The position numbers and the translations under genes were made by a program. From NCBI GenBank assembly GCA_016191235.1, contig JACPOZ010000030.1:3924-67923 (forward strand): a DNA stretch of 64,000 nt. Direction: 5' to 3'. The first letter of the stretch is position 1; each line of letters opens with the position of its first letter. This DNA comes from Gammaproteobacteria bacterium. GTDB taxonomy: Bacteria; Pseudomonadota; Gammaproteobacteria; Ga0077554; Ga007554. Below are positions 19,318 to 30,985 of this stretch, piece after piece. The notes beneath the pieces are model-generated. The model did no database searches, was not told the origin of the DNA, and was given only the letters and a program-made list of their open reading frames with translations.

Positions 19318-22233
19318 GCGAAACCCGTCTTCTTCAGGTGTTCGGCAGCCTTGCCCATTCCAAGCTCCAGCGCCTTCTGGGCATACCAGAGCCTGGTTTC
19401 CGGGTCGCTGAGTTTATCCAACAGGGTGAGATTGCTGCGCCAAGGCAATTGTGCAACGGTGCGTTGCACAATTGCCCGATCCGGCCAGGCATCTGCGAAT
19501 GTCCGCATGTACTTGAGGTTTCGCGGCGAGAATCCGGTCGTGCCGGGGAATGCGGTTTTCAAGTCATGGGAAATTACCTTCGCCCCCCACCCCTCCTGAT
19601 ACTGGCGTTCCAGAATGGATCGGCCGATGTCCCAATACATGAGTACCATGGCGGCATTGGCCGACAATACGGTTTTGATGCGCTCATGGGCTATGCGCTC
19701 TTTTATGTCGACTAAGAGTGTAGCGTAACCTTCAGGCATTGCGGCCAGGGTGTCGGGAACAGACATCAGCACGTCCGGTTTTGCCGTGCCACGGTTCTTG
19801 CGTCTGTCTGTCGGCTTGGCGACTTGATTCACCATCTGCGGCAGAGGGGTTTCGTAGCGTTCGGCCAACTCCTTCACGCGCTGGGTGAGCGCCTGGCTGA
19901 TGCGGTCCATCTCGCCGTGGATGGCGGCGGCGATGGCGGCCAGCCATTTATCTTCCACCACCAGCGTCTTGATCTCCGCCTCGGTGAGCGTGGGGTATTT
20001 GGCATAGGCCAGTGCGTCGAGCTTGGCCTCGGCGTCTTTCAGGGTTTTCTTGAGTTCAGCGTCCTGCGTGCTTAATTTCAGCCAAGCATTGAGGGCATGG
20101 GCCTCTTTCTTAGCCGCCTTGTCGCCTTTAATTTCTTTCAGGCGGGCGCTGACGTTGGCCTTGTTCACCTTGTCCAGCTCGGCAAACGCACCTTCTTCAC
20201 CGCCGTGTTCCTCTTCCAGTTCGGTCATCTGGGCGGCCACGCTTTCCAGCGCGGCCGCCTGCTGCGCGGTGAAGTAGCGATCCACGATGAGCGGTTTAGG
20301 TATAAGGTCGCAAGCCCAGCCTTTGTCCACTTCTTTGACTGTTTTGCCTTCCTTGTTTTTCTTGACTTCAATAACCCGGTAAGTCGTCGCCTTCCAGCCA
20401 TCTGAAGCGATCAGGTAACAATCGTCCTGCATGGTGGCAGCCCAATAGTCCATCAGGTGTTGATAGACGTCGTATTTATCAATCAGCGGCTGCGCCGTGT
20501 AGTGGGCGAGCAGGTCTTCAGCGAGCTCGTGGATGATATTTTTGGGGTGGCAACCTGCCTGCAAAGCCTTGAGCGTTTCACAACTGCGCTGTTGCCAGTC
20601 GGCAAACAGGGCATTCATGCTCTCGATGAAGCTGACGAACTCTGGATGCTGGTAGATGGTGGGCTTGATGGCTTGCTTGGAGACGGCCAGATCAAGGTAG
20701 CCGGGGCGCTTATCGGAAAGGTCGCGTAGCGAGACCGCGTCCCTCTCACCCGCTTGCGGAAGAGAGTTAGGAGAGAGGGGAACAGCTTTAAACAATGTCT
20801 TCCGAAGTCGTGGGCAAACATCCCAATACGGCTGCAAGGCATCCACGTCGGCTTTGGGGATGCCACCCTTCAGGTGCCCCTCGATGTCCTGAATATCTTC
20901 GACTTGCTGGCTGTCGATGTAGCGCGGGAGGTTGAGGTTGAATTCGTTCTTCTCGATCTCCTCGACGCTGACCATGCGCGAGTATTTGGGAATTTCCAGC
21001 CGCTTGTTGAAGGCATCGACGATCTGGTGAATGTCCATGTCGCGCAGGCGGTTCTTGGGGCCGTCCTTCATGTAGCCGCCGCTGGCGTCGATCATGAAGA
21101 TGCCCTTGCAGGTGTGGGCGTTTTCTTTGTCGATGACGATGATGCAGGCGGGAATGCCGGTGCCGTAGAACAGGTTGGCGGGCAGGCCGATAATGCCCTT
21201 GATGTAGCCTTTGCGGATGAGGTTCTTGCGGATGTCGGCCTCGGCATTGCCACGAAACAGAACGCCGTGCGGCAGAATGCAGGCGCCTTTGCCCGTGCTT
21301 TTCAGCGAGCGCACGATGTGCAGCAGGTAGGCGTAATCGCCTTGCTTGGCAGGTGGTGTGCCAAAATGTTGGAAGCGCTCGTGCGGATCGTTGAGCGGGT
21401 CGATGCCCGTGCTCCAGCGCTTGTCGCTGAAGGGCGGATTGGCAACGACGTAGTCGAAGGTTTTGAGCTGGCCATCCTCGCTTGTAAACAGCGGATTAGC
21501 CAGCGTATTGCCCTGCTTGATCAGCGCCGTTGGGTTGTTGTGCAGGATCATGTTCATGCGCGCCAGGCCAGAGGTGGCGGCGTCTTTCTCCTGCCCGTAA
21601 AGCGTGACCTTGGCTCTGGCTTCATCGCCCACTTTCAGCAGCAGCGAACCGGAACCGCAGGTCGGGTCATAAACAGTGGTATTGTTGCTGGTATGGGCAT
21701 CGTGAATGCCGATGATCTGCGCCATGATGCGGCTGACCTCGGCGGGTGTGTAGAACTGGCCCTTGCTCTTGCCACTCTCGGTAGCGAAGTGGCGCATCAG
21801 GTATTCATAAGCATCGTCCAGAATGTCATCGCCCTCCGCGCGGTTCTTTGAAAAGTCGAGCGCCTTGTTTTCAAAGATGGCGATCAGGTTGGTGAGCCGC
21901 TCTACAATTTCCGAGCCGCTGCCCAGCTTGCTGGGATCATTGAAGTCCGGCATGTCGGACAGCTTGTTGGCATTAGCCAGCGGCGCGATGATTTTCTTGT
22001 TGATCTGGTCACCGATGTCGGGCTTACCCTTTGAGCGCGACCATGTCCTTGAAGCTGGCACCTTCCGGGATGGTGATCGGTGCGAAAGGTACACCGGCGT
22101 ATTTGTCGCTGACGTACTTGATGAACAGCATGACCAGGACGTAGTCCTTGTATTGGCTGGCGTCCATGCCGCCGCGCAGCTCATCGCAACTGGACCAGAG
22201 GGAGAAATAGAGTTCGGATTTTTTCAGGGCCAT
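19314..22233 (-). CDS. hsdM: type I restriction-modification methyltransferase (HsdM) with an apparent +1 frameshift near 22028 (possible pseudogene or sequencing error)
   Basis: The N-terminal 69 aa (MALKKSELYFSLWSSCDELRGGMDASQYKDYVLVMLFIKYVSDKY...KDMVALKG) are in the frame 22024..22233. The rest of the N6-adenine methyltransferase (NPPF motif VVANPPFSDKRW, SAM-binding DPTCGSGSLL) continues in the 19314..22184 frame. The junction is at a GGG run (minus strand). Confidence 0.8.
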
Positions 22234-22629
22234 GTGGGTTTAAACGCTTTTTCTTTGATAGAAGTGCAGAAAAGTTGGGGGCGGGTGATTAAGCAGTACG
22301 ACGATTTTGGCTTATATCGAACAGCTTGTCATCTTTGTCGGGCATTGATTGTCAGGTATTAAATTAAATGAAAAAAGAAAGTCCGATTATGGCCGTTTTT
22401 CGACATGCGGGAGTCGACCCTGAGCAGATATTCAGTGGGGAAGTGACAGGGGCAATGGAATTTCAGGTAAGGCGCGACAGCGCCTCGGCGGTGAATCATT
22501 TACCTGGCGGTGGCTGTGGCTGGCATCTGATCGTTCATGCCTGCTATAATCAACCTGTTATTTTCTATCCATTTTGTGCATGGGCATGGCTGTGGTGACC
22601 TGCAGGCTGTGCGGCAAGGTGCTCTTAAA

Positions 22630-23442
22630 GTGTCAAAAAACAACGATGAGCCTATCGTAAAAATCCGCAGCTTGCGTTTCGCGCATGGGACCCGCGTGAT
22701 TTTTGACGGCGTGGACATCGACATCCCGCGCGGCAAGATTACCGCTATCATGGGTCCCAGCGGCACGGGCAAGACCACGCTGCTGAAACTGATCGGCGGT
22801 CAGTTGCAGCCCAATGCGGGCAGCGTCGTGGTGGACGGCGAGGACGTCAACAAAGTGTCCCGTGATGCGCTGTTCCGCTTGCGCAAGCGCATGAGCCTGT
22901 TGTTCCAGACCGGCGCGCTGTTTACCGATCTCACCGTATTCGAAAACGTGGCCTTTCCGTTGCGCGAGCACACCCGTTTGCCCGAGTCGATACTGCGCGA
23001 CCTGGTGCTGATGAAGCTGCAGGCGGTAGGTCTGCGCGGTGCACGCGACCTGCTGCCTGCCGAATTGTCGGGCGGCATGGCGCGGCGTGTGGCGCTGGCC
23101 AGGGCCATTGCGCTGGACCCGATGATGATTATGTACGATGAGCCCTTCACCGGCCAGGATCCGATCACTGTGGGCGTGATCATGCAGCTTATCCGTATGC
23201 TCAACGACACCTTGGGGCTGACCAGCATCATTGTTTCTCACGATGTGCATGAGTTGACGATGATTTGCGACCATATGTACATGATCTCGGGCGGCAAGGT
23301 GATGGGACACGGGACGCCCGATGATATGGCCCACTCGGAATCGGGCTGGGTGAGGCAGTTCATGTCCGGATTGCCGGATGGCCCGGTGCCGTTCCACTAT
23401 CCGGCGCCGGATTACGCCGACGATCTGTTGGCTGGGGCATAA
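22630..23442 (+). CDS. mlaF: phospholipid ABC transporter ATP-binding protein MlaF
   Basis: Walker A GPSGTGKTT, signature LSGGMARRVALARA and Walker B MIMYDEP. A GTG start at 22630 is proposed; the in-frame ATG at 22537 is also possible. Confidence 0.85.
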   Translation: MSKNNDEPIVKIRSLRFAHGTRVIFDGVDIDIPRGKITAIMGPSGTGKTTLLKLIGGQLQPNAGSVVVDGEDVNKVSRDALFRLRKRMSLLFQTGALFTDLTVFENVAFPLREHTRLPESILRDLVLMKLQAVGLRGARDLLPAELSGGMARRVALARAIALDPMMIMYDEPFTGQDPITVGVIMQLIRMLNDTLGLTSIIVSHDVHELTMICDHMYMISGGKVMGHGTPDDMAHSESGWVRQFMSGLPDGPVPFHYPAPDYADDLLAGA

Positions 23443-23480
23443 CGAATGAAAACACATTTTATACCTGAGGTATACGCTGC

Positions 23481-24263
23481 ATGATGGGATGGTTGCAGCG
23501 GCTGGGAAGCACCAGCCTGAGTGTTTTTGAACGGTTGGGGCGCGGCAATCTGTTCCTGTTACGCATACTGGCTGCCCTGCCCAGTCTGGTGCTGCGACCG
23601 GGGCTGGTAATCGCACAGCTTTATTCTGTAGGTGTGTTGTCAATGACGCTGATCGTCATTTCCGGGCTTAACGTAGGCATGGTGCTGGGCCTGCAAGGAT
23701 ATAATACCCTGGTGGATTTTGGCTCCGAGGAGTCCTTGGGGCAACTGGTTGCCCTGTCGCTGGTGCGTGAATTGGGGCCAGTTGTGGCAGCGCTGCTGTT
23801 CGCCGGGCGGGCCGGGTCAGCATTGACCGCCGAGATCGGGCTGATGAAGGCCACTGAGCAGCTCTCCGGGATGGAGATGATGGCGGTCGATCCGCTCAAG
23901 CGTGTGGTCGCGCCCCGTTTTATTGCCGGTATCATTTCCATGCCGCTGCTGGCGGCAATGTTCAGTGCAGTGGGTGTGCTGGGTGGTTTTTTTGTCGGTG
24001 TCGGTCTGCTCGGTGTGGACAGCGGAGCGTTCTGGTCGCAAATGCAGTCCAAGGTCGATCTGTATGACGACATCCTTAACGGCGTGATTAAAAGCATTGT
24101 GTTCGGTTGTGTGGCGGCCTGGATCGCGGTTTTTGAAGGGTACGACGCAGTGCCGAACACGGAAGGTGTGAGCCGCGCCACCACGCGTACCGTGGTGCAT
24201 ACGGCGTTTGCCGTGCTGGGGCTGGATTTCATATTGACTGCGCTGATGTTTGGGGACGAATAA
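23481..24263 (+). CDS. mlaE: phospholipid ABC transporter permease MlaE
   Basis: 260 aa polytopic membrane protein of the MlaE/Ttg2B family, downstream of mlaF. Confidence 0.85.
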   Translation: MMGWLQRLGSTSLSVFERLGRGNLFLLRILAALPSLVLRPGLVIAQLYSVGVLSMTLIVISGLNVGMVLGLQGYNTLVDFGSEESLGQLVALSLVRELGPVVAALLFAGRAGSALTAEIGLMKATEQLSGMEMMAVDPLKRVVAPRFIAGIISMPLLAAMFSAVGVLGGFFVGVGLLGVDSGAFWSQMQSKVDLYDDILNGVIKSIVFGCVAAWIAVFEGYDAVPNTEGVSRATTRTVVHTAFAVLGLDFILTALMFGDE

Positions 24264-24759
24264 GATGATGCAGAAAAGAACCATAGAGATCGGGGTGGGT
24301 GTGTTCGTTGCGGCGGGCATTGCTGCATTGGTGATGTTGGCCATGAAGGTCAGCAACCTGGCCGCCTTCACCAACCAGCAGGGCTACGAAGTCACCGCCC
24401 GGTTTGACAATATTGGTGGACTCAAGGAGCGTTCGGCTGTAACAGTGGCGGGTGTGCGCATTGGCCGGGTGAAGTCGATCGTGTTCGACGACAAGGATTA
24501 TGAGGCCGTGGTCACGATGAATATCGAATCCCAACATGACCGCTTGCCCGCCGACACCTCCGCAAGCATTTTGACCGCAGGGCTGCTGGGCGAGCAGTAT
24601 GTGGCGCTGGAACCGGGTGGCGACGAAGCCTTTCTGAAGCCGGGCGGAGATATCAAGCTTACCCAGTCGGCGATTATTCTGGAGAAGATGGTGGGCCAGT
24701 TCTTGTTTGACAAGGCGGCTGGTGGGGATGGGAAAAAAGAAGAAGGGGCTGCGCCGTGA
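24250..24759 (+). CDS. mlaD: MCE-domain periplasmic substrate-binding protein MlaD
   Basis: 169 aa with an N-terminal TM anchor followed by an MCE domain. Overlaps the mlaE stop. Confidence 0.8.
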   Translation: MGTNKMMQKRTIEIGVGVFVAAGIAALVMLAMKVSNLAAFTNQQGYEVTARFDNIGGLKERSAVTVAGVRIGRVKSIVFDDKDYEAVVTMNIESQHDRLPADTSASILTAGLLGEQYVALEPGGDEAFLKPGGDIKLTQSAIILEKMVGQFLFDKAAGGDGKKEEGAAP

Positions 24760-26120
24760 TGCGGATCGGGTTAGCGGGGCTGGTGGGGTTGCTGGCCTGT
24801 GTGAATGCGGCAGCGGAAACCGTGCCGCTGACACTGGAACAGGCAACGGCGCGCGCCTTGCAGACAGATCCGCGCGTTACCGAGCGCCAGCGTCTCGTCG
24901 ATGCTGCGCAGGCGTTGCTTGCGGAAGTGAACGGCAACGAGGGCTGGAGGTTTGACGCCAATACCTTTCTCGCGGTGTCACCGGGTGCGAATGGCAATAT
25001 ATTCAAGGGCGGCGACTGCGCCCCCGGCAGTTGCACCCTGCGTTCTGATAGATATGACATGAGCAATGGCTTTTCGCCCTGGGTCAACTTGCAGATGACC
25101 ATACTCAAGCCCCTGTACACTTTTGGCAAGGTTGAAAATTACGCTGCCGCCGCGCGCGCCAATATTGAGGTCAAGGACAACGATGTGCGCTTGCAGCGCG
25201 CCACGACGGTGCTGGATGTGCAGCGCGCCTACTATGGTTGTCTGGCGGCGCGTGACGCGCGGTTGTTTTTATCGGATGTCAAGGAACGCGTTGCCAAGAC
25301 CATCGATCTCGCCAAGAGATGGCTGGACGATGGGCAGGGCGACATCAGACAAGCCGACGTATTCGCACTCCAGGCCGCGCATTCGCTGGTGAGTAGATAT
25401 ATAGCCCAAGCCGAAGGCATGGAGAAAGTTGCTAACGATGGATTGAAGGTGCTCGCCGGCATCGCTGCGCAAGATGAGATTCAGCTTGCCGACGACACCT
25501 TGGCCCCGGTGCTGTTGCCTGAGGCCAAATTACCTGAACTCCAGGATCAGGCGCTGGCCAATCGGCCTGAGATGAAGCAGGTGGATGCGGGATTGCGTGC
25601 CCGCCGCGCCTTGGTAGAGGCGCGCCAGGCCGACAAATTGCCAAATGTGTATGCGGGTGTGGCGGGGGTCCTTTCTTACTCTCCCAACCGCGACAATCTC
25701 AAGAACCCGTACATCTACGATCCTTTCAACACCGCCGGTTTGACGCCGATGATCGGTCTCCAGTGGGCTTGGCAGCCGCGGGCGCAGGACGCAAAAGTTG
25801 CGCAAGAGCAGGCGGAATTGAATGCGTTGCTCGCCAAGTCGGATTTTGCCCGGCGCGGCATCCCATTCCAGGTGGCGGAGCAGTACCATCAGATGCAGGC
25901 GGACTTTACGGCGGTGCGGGAATTGAGTGAAGGCAGCCGCAATGCGCGGCGCTGGATGATCGGGCGCTATGCGGATTTTGAGGCTGGCCTTGAAACGGCG
26001 GATCGGGTTATCACCGCCTTCCAGGGGTACGTGTTGGCACAGACTGACTATATCAAGACGGTGTATGATTTCAACATGCATGTAGCGCAATTGCGCAATG
26101 TAACCGGAGCGGACGAATGA
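24756..26120 (+). CDS. TolC-family outer membrane protein embedded in the mla operon
   Basis: 454 aa with a signal peptide ([20 protein letters not shown]). OEP-like N-terminal helix region (LTLEQATARALQTDPRV) and a two-repeat architecture. Sits between mlaD and mlaC and overlaps both by 4 nt. Confidence 0.6.
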   Translation: MMRIGLAGLVGLLACVNAAAETVPLTLEQATARALQTDPRVTERQRLVDAAQALLAEVNGNEGWRFDANTFLAVSPGANGNIFKGGDCAPGSCTLRSDRYDMSNGFSPWVNLQMTILKPLYTFGKVENYAAAARANIEVKDNDVRLQRATTVLDVQRAYYGCLAARDARLFLSDVKERVAKTIDLAKRWLDDGQGDIRQADVFALQAAHSLVSRYIAQAEGMEKVANDGLKVLAGIAAQDEIQLADDTLAPVLLPEAKLPELQDQALANRPEMKQVDAGLRARRALVEARQADKLPNVYAGVAGVLSYSPNRDNLKNPYIYDPFNTAGLTPMIGLQWAWQPRAQDAKVAQEQAELNALLAKSDFARRGIPFQVAEQYHQMQADFTAVRELSEGSRNARRWMIGRYADFEAGLETADRVITAFQGYVLAQTDYIKTVYDFNMHVAQLRNVTGADE

Positions 26121-26746
26121 AAAAATTGATTGCTGCGATGCTGTTGCTGTGTATGGCGGGGTTTGCGCCGGTGGGCGTAAGCGCCAACGTGCCTCAACCG
26201 CCGCAGGATATGGTGAAGCAGACCGCCGACAGCATGCTTGCCAAGCTCAAGGAAGAGAGGGTTGTGATACGTAAGGACCCAGGCCGGATTTACGACCTGG
26301 TCAGCAGTATTGTTTTGCCGCACTTTGACTTTGAGCGCATGTCGTCATGGGTGCTGGGCAAGTATTGGCGCACCGCCACCCCAGCGCAGAAAAAACGCTT
26401 CAGCGAAGAGTTCCGCAATCTGCTGGTGCGTACCTATGCCACCTCGTTGACCGAGTATACGGACCGCAAGATTAACTACCTGCCGTTTCGCGCCGACCCC
26501 AATGATACCGACGTGACGGTGCGTACCGAGGTGGCTCAGCCGGGTGCCGCATCGATCCCTATCGATTACCGGCTTGCACTCACGAATGACGAGTGGAAGG
26601 TTTACGATGTGTCCATCGACAGTGTCAGTCTAGTGACAAACTACCGCACGACGTTTGCCAATCAGATCCGGCAAGAAGGGTTGGACAAGCTTATCGAAAA
26701 ACTCGCTACGCGCAACGAGAAATCCAGCGCGCCTTCCGCCAAATGA
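26117..26746 (+). CDS. mlaC: periplasmic phospholipid-binding protein MlaC (Ttg2D family)
   Basis: 209 aa with a signal peptide and a Tol-tolerance Ttg2D-like fold signature. Confidence 0.8.
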   Translation: MKKLIAAMLLLCMAGFAPVGVSANVPQPPQDMVKQTADSMLAKLKEERVVIRKDPGRIYDLVSSIVLPHFDFERMSSWVLGKYWRTATPAQKKRFSEEFRNLLVRTYATSLTEYTDRKINYLPFRADPNDTDVTVRTEVAQPGAASIPIDYRLALTNDEWKVYDVSIDSVSLVTNYRTTFANQIRQEGLDKLIEKLATRNEKSSAPSAK

Positions 26747-27042
26747 GCGACGTTGAGATCAAGCCGCTTGGGGATGGCGGCTTCCTGCTGTCCGGCGCGC
26801 TGACCTTCGACACCGTACCCGCCCTGTGGCGCCAGAGCGCCGCGCAGTTTAATAGTGCTGATGCGCTTACGCTGGATTTGCAGGGCATTACTCATACCGA
26901 TAGCGCCGGTCTTGCCCTGCTCATAGAATGGATGCGCACCGCACGCAGCCGGAACAAAACTATTGCCTTCAGAAATATACCTCCCCAAATGCTGGCTATC
27001 GCCAAGGTCAGTGGTGTGGAGCAGATCCTCCCGCTTTTGTAG
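26743..27042 (+). CDS. mlaB: STAS-domain protein MlaB
   Basis: 99 aa (MSDVEIKPLGDGGFLLSGALTFDTVPALW...), anti-sigma-factor-antagonist-like. The ATG overlaps the mlaC stop (ATGA). Confidence 0.65.
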   Translation: MSDVEIKPLGDGGFLLSGALTFDTVPALWRQSAAQFNSADALTLDLQGITHTDSAGLALLIEWMRTARSRNKTIAFRNIPPQMLAIAKVSGVEQILPLL

Positions 27043-27132
27043 CGGTGATTATAAAAGTCCTGGTTAAACGCCATGCTCTTCATATGTTTGATACAATAAC
27101 CGTATTTGGTATACGAAAGCAGAGGGTTTCAA

Positions 27133-27378
27133 ATGCAGGCAGAGGATATCAAACGTCTTATTGAGGCGGGATTGCCCGATTGCCAGGCACAGGTTAAGGG
27201 TGATGACGGCGTCCATTTCGAGGCGGTTATCGTTTCGGGCGCGTTCGAGGGCAAGGGCATGCTTGCTCAGCATAAGATGGTCTATGCCACGCTGGGTGAC
27301 CTCATGCATTCGGCGATTCATGCCTTGTCCATGCGCACGTATACCCCGCAGGAGTGGGAAAAGATACCCCCGCAGTGA
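27133..27378 (+). CDS. ibaG: BolA family protein IbaG (YrbA)
   Basis: About 81 aa starting MQAEDIKRLIEAGLPD, with a BolA-like HK...SMRTYTPQEW motif. Conserved between mlaB and murA. Confidence 0.7.
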   Translation: MQAEDIKRLIEAGLPDCQAQVKGDDGVHFEAVIVSGAFEGKGMLAQHKMVYATLGDLMHSAIHALSMRTYTPQEWEKIPPQ

Positions 27379-27444
27379 TGAAGCGTGGCCCCGGCTGTTG
27401 CCGGGGTTAATTTACCACCTACCCATCTTGTTATTACTCTTTAA

Positions 27445-28716
<1,272 letters not shown>

Positions 28717-28735
28717 CAAATGTGGTTTATGGAAA

Positions 28736-28924
28736 CTCTGAAAAATCCATCCGTGGATTTTTCAGAGACGAAAACCAAAAAATGTGATTTTTGTTTTTCT
28801 TCATTTCTCGAACACTTACGTGTTCGAGAAATGGCGGTGCATCCATGCACCGCACGGAACCTCTAATAAATCAGAGGTTCCTTATTATTACGCGCTTTCC
28901 CCCTCTCCCGCCTGCGGGAGAGGG
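28736..28924. repeat. array of five consecutive perfect stem-loops (REP-like/terminator cluster) between murA and hisG
   Basis: Stem-loops at 28736-28767 (14-bp stem), 28804-28831 (12-bp), 28835-28852 (8-bp), 28856-28881 (9-bp) and 28901-28924 (11-bp stem, CCCTCTCCCGC...GCGGGAGAGGG). Confidence 0.5.
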
Positions 28925-29013
28925 TTGGGGAGAGGGGGAGCGCGTATCATCTGTTTCTGTTATTGTGCGAATTTTAAAGCTTGAATTGACCGATCCCTAA
29001 GCCCCGGCACCTT

Positions 29014-29670
29014 ATGAACACCACGCTCACCATCGCCCTCTCCAAGGGGCGCATCTTCAAAGAGACGCTGCCGTTGCTGGCGCATGCCGGCATCGTGCCG
29101 GTCGATGACCCCGATACCAGCCGCAAACTTATCCTCGACACCAACCATCCCGAGATCAAGCTCGTAATTATTCGCGCTTCCGACGTGCCGACCTATGTGG
29201 AATACGGGGCCGCCGATGTGGGCGTGGCGGGCAAGGACGTATTGATGGAGCATGGTGGTGATGGCTTGTACGAACCGCTGGACCTGAAAATCGCGTGCTG
29301 CCGATTGATGCTGGCGGGTCCCGCCTCGGGGAAAAATGGCGAGGCGCGCATGCGTATCGCCACCAAATATGTCGCCTCCACGCGGCGTTATTTCGCCGCA
29401 CAGGGCAAGCAGGTGGAGATCATCAAGCTCTATGGCTCGATGGAGCTCGCACCGCTGGTGGGGCTGGCGGACCGCATCGTCGATGTCGTGGACACCGGCA
29501 ATACGCTGCGGGCCAATGGCCTGGAGCCGCTTGAGCATATCGCCGACATCAGCTCGCGCCTCATCGTCAACAAGGCATCCATGAAGATGAAGCATGCCGC
29601 AGTCAAAACCTTGATCGAGCGTATTGGTGAGGCGGTCGCCGCCAAAGAACTTATGCAAAGAAAAAAATAG
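29014..29670 (+). CDS. hisG: ATP phosphoribosyltransferase, short form (HisG-S)
   Basis: 218 aa starting [22 protein letters not shown]. It lacks the C-terminal regulatory domain of the long form. Confidence 0.9.
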   Translation: MNTTLTIALSKGRIFKETLPLLAHAGIVPVDDPDTSRKLILDTNHPEIKLVIIRASDVPTYVEYGAADVGVAGKDVLMEHGGDGLYEPLDLKIACCRLMLAGPASGKNGEARMRIATKYVASTRRYFAAQGKQVEIIKLYGSMELAPLVGLADRIVDVVDTGNTLRANGLEPLEHIADISSRLIVNKASMKMKHAAVKTLIERIGEAVAAKELMQRKK

Positions 29671-29680
29671 GGTGTGAGCC

Positions 29681-30985
29681 ATGGTTGATATCCAGCGATT
29701 GAATACAACACAAGCAGAATTCTGGACGCAACTCGAACAGCGCCTGGCCTGGGAGAGCGTCTCCGATGAGGCGGTGACGCGCACCGTGCGCGATATCCTG
29801 TCCGATGTGCGTAAGCGTGGCGATGCGGCGGTGATCGAATACACCAACCGCTTCGACCGGATGAGCGCGGCACACTTTGACGAGCTGGAGATTCCGCAAA
29901 CCAGCCTGCGGCAGGCGTTGGGGAGAATCCCCGGCGCACAGCGCGAGGCGCTGGAGTTTGCCGTTTCCCGGCTGCGCGCCTACCATGCGTATCAAAAACA
30001 GGAGTCGTGGTCGTATACCGAAGCCGACGGCACAGTGCTCGGCCAGCAGGTGACGGCATTGGAGCGCGTCGGACTGTATGTGCCCGGCGGCAAGGCGACA
30101 TACCCTTCCTCTGTGTTGATGAACGCCATTCCCGCCAAGGTGGCGGGCGTGTCGGAGCTGATCATGGTGGTGCCCACGCCGGATGGTCAGGTGAACGACC
30201 TGGTGCTGGCGGCGGCGGCGATTGTCGGTGTGGACCGCGTGTTCGCCATCGGCGGCGCGCAGGCGGTGGCGGCGCTTGCCTATGGCACGCAAAGCGTACC
30301 ACAGGTGGACAAGATCGTCGGTCCGGGCAACATCTATGTCGCCACTGCCAAGGGCATGGTGTTCGGCACGGTGGGTATCGACATGATCGCCGGTCCCTCG
30401 GAGATCCTGGTGATCTGCGATGGCCACACCGACCCGGACTGGATCGCCATGGATTTGTTTTCGCAGGCCGAGCATGACGAGGATGCGCAGTCGATCCTGG
30501 TGTGCCCTGATGCCGCCTATCTTGATCAGGTGCAGGCCAGCATCAACCGCCTGTTGCCTACCATGGAGCGTGCTACCGTGATTGAAAAATCACTCGCCTC
30601 GCGCGGCGCGATGATCCATGTGCGCGATTTGGACGAGGCTGTTGCCGTTGCCAATTTTATCGCCCCCGAACATCTGGAGCTGTCAGTGGCGGACCCTCAG
30701 GCGATGGCTGCGCATATCCGCCATGCCGGTGCAATTTTCATGGGGCGTTACACTGCCGAGGCGGTGGGCGACTATTGCGCGGGTCCCAACCACGTGCTGC
30801 CCACTTCGCGCACGGCGCGATTTTCTTCGCCGCTCGGGGTGTATGATTTTCAGAAGCGCTCCAGCCTGATCATGTGTTCGGCGCAGGGCGCGTCTGATCT
30901 GGGCAAGACAGCGTCGCTACTGGCGCGCGGCGAAGGCCTCACCGCCCATGCGCGTTCGGCGGAATACCGGATCACCTCGAAATGA
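29681..30985 (+). CDS. hisD: histidinol dehydrogenase
   Basis: 434 aa full-length HisD. Confidence 0.95.
   Translation: MVDIQRLNTTQAEFWTQLEQRLAWESVSDEAVTRTVRDILSDVRKRGDAAVIEYTNRFDRMSAAHFDELEIPQTSLRQALGRIPGAQREALEFAVSRLRAYHAYQKQESWSYTEADGTVLGQQVTALERVGLYVPGGKATYPSSVLMNAIPAKVAGVSELIMVVPTPDGQVNDLVLAAAAIVGVDRVFAIGGAQAVAALAYGTQSVPQVDKIVGPGNIYVATAKGMVFGTVGIDMIAGPSEILVICDGHTDPDWIAMDLFSQAEHDEDAQSILVCPDAAYLDQVQASINRLLPTMERATVIEKSLASRGAMIHVRDLDEAVAVANFIAPEHLELSVADPQAMAAHIRHAGAIFMGRYTAEAVGDYCAGPNHVLPTSRTARFSSPLGVYDFQKRSSLIMCSAQGASDLGKTASLLARGEGLTAHARSAEYRITSK

Noticed and set aside
20754-21851. 365-aa forward ORF
   Set aside because: It is antisense to hsdM.
22368-22598. 76-aa ORF in the hsdM-mlaF intergenic region
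   Set aside because: It has no RBS or motif support and low-complexity ends, so it is more likely non-coding border sequence of the island. A possible TATAAT -10 at about 22545 for mlaF was also too weak to call.
22633-23643. 336-aa minus-strand ORF
   Set aside because: It is antisense to mlaF, which has canonical ABC motifs on the plus strand.
28717-29013. Possible his-operon attenuator/leader peptide upstream of hisG
   Set aside because: The only small ORF (MAVHPCTARNL) has a single His codon. There is no run of His codons and no alternative antiterminator pairing. The hairpins look like independent REP-like elements.
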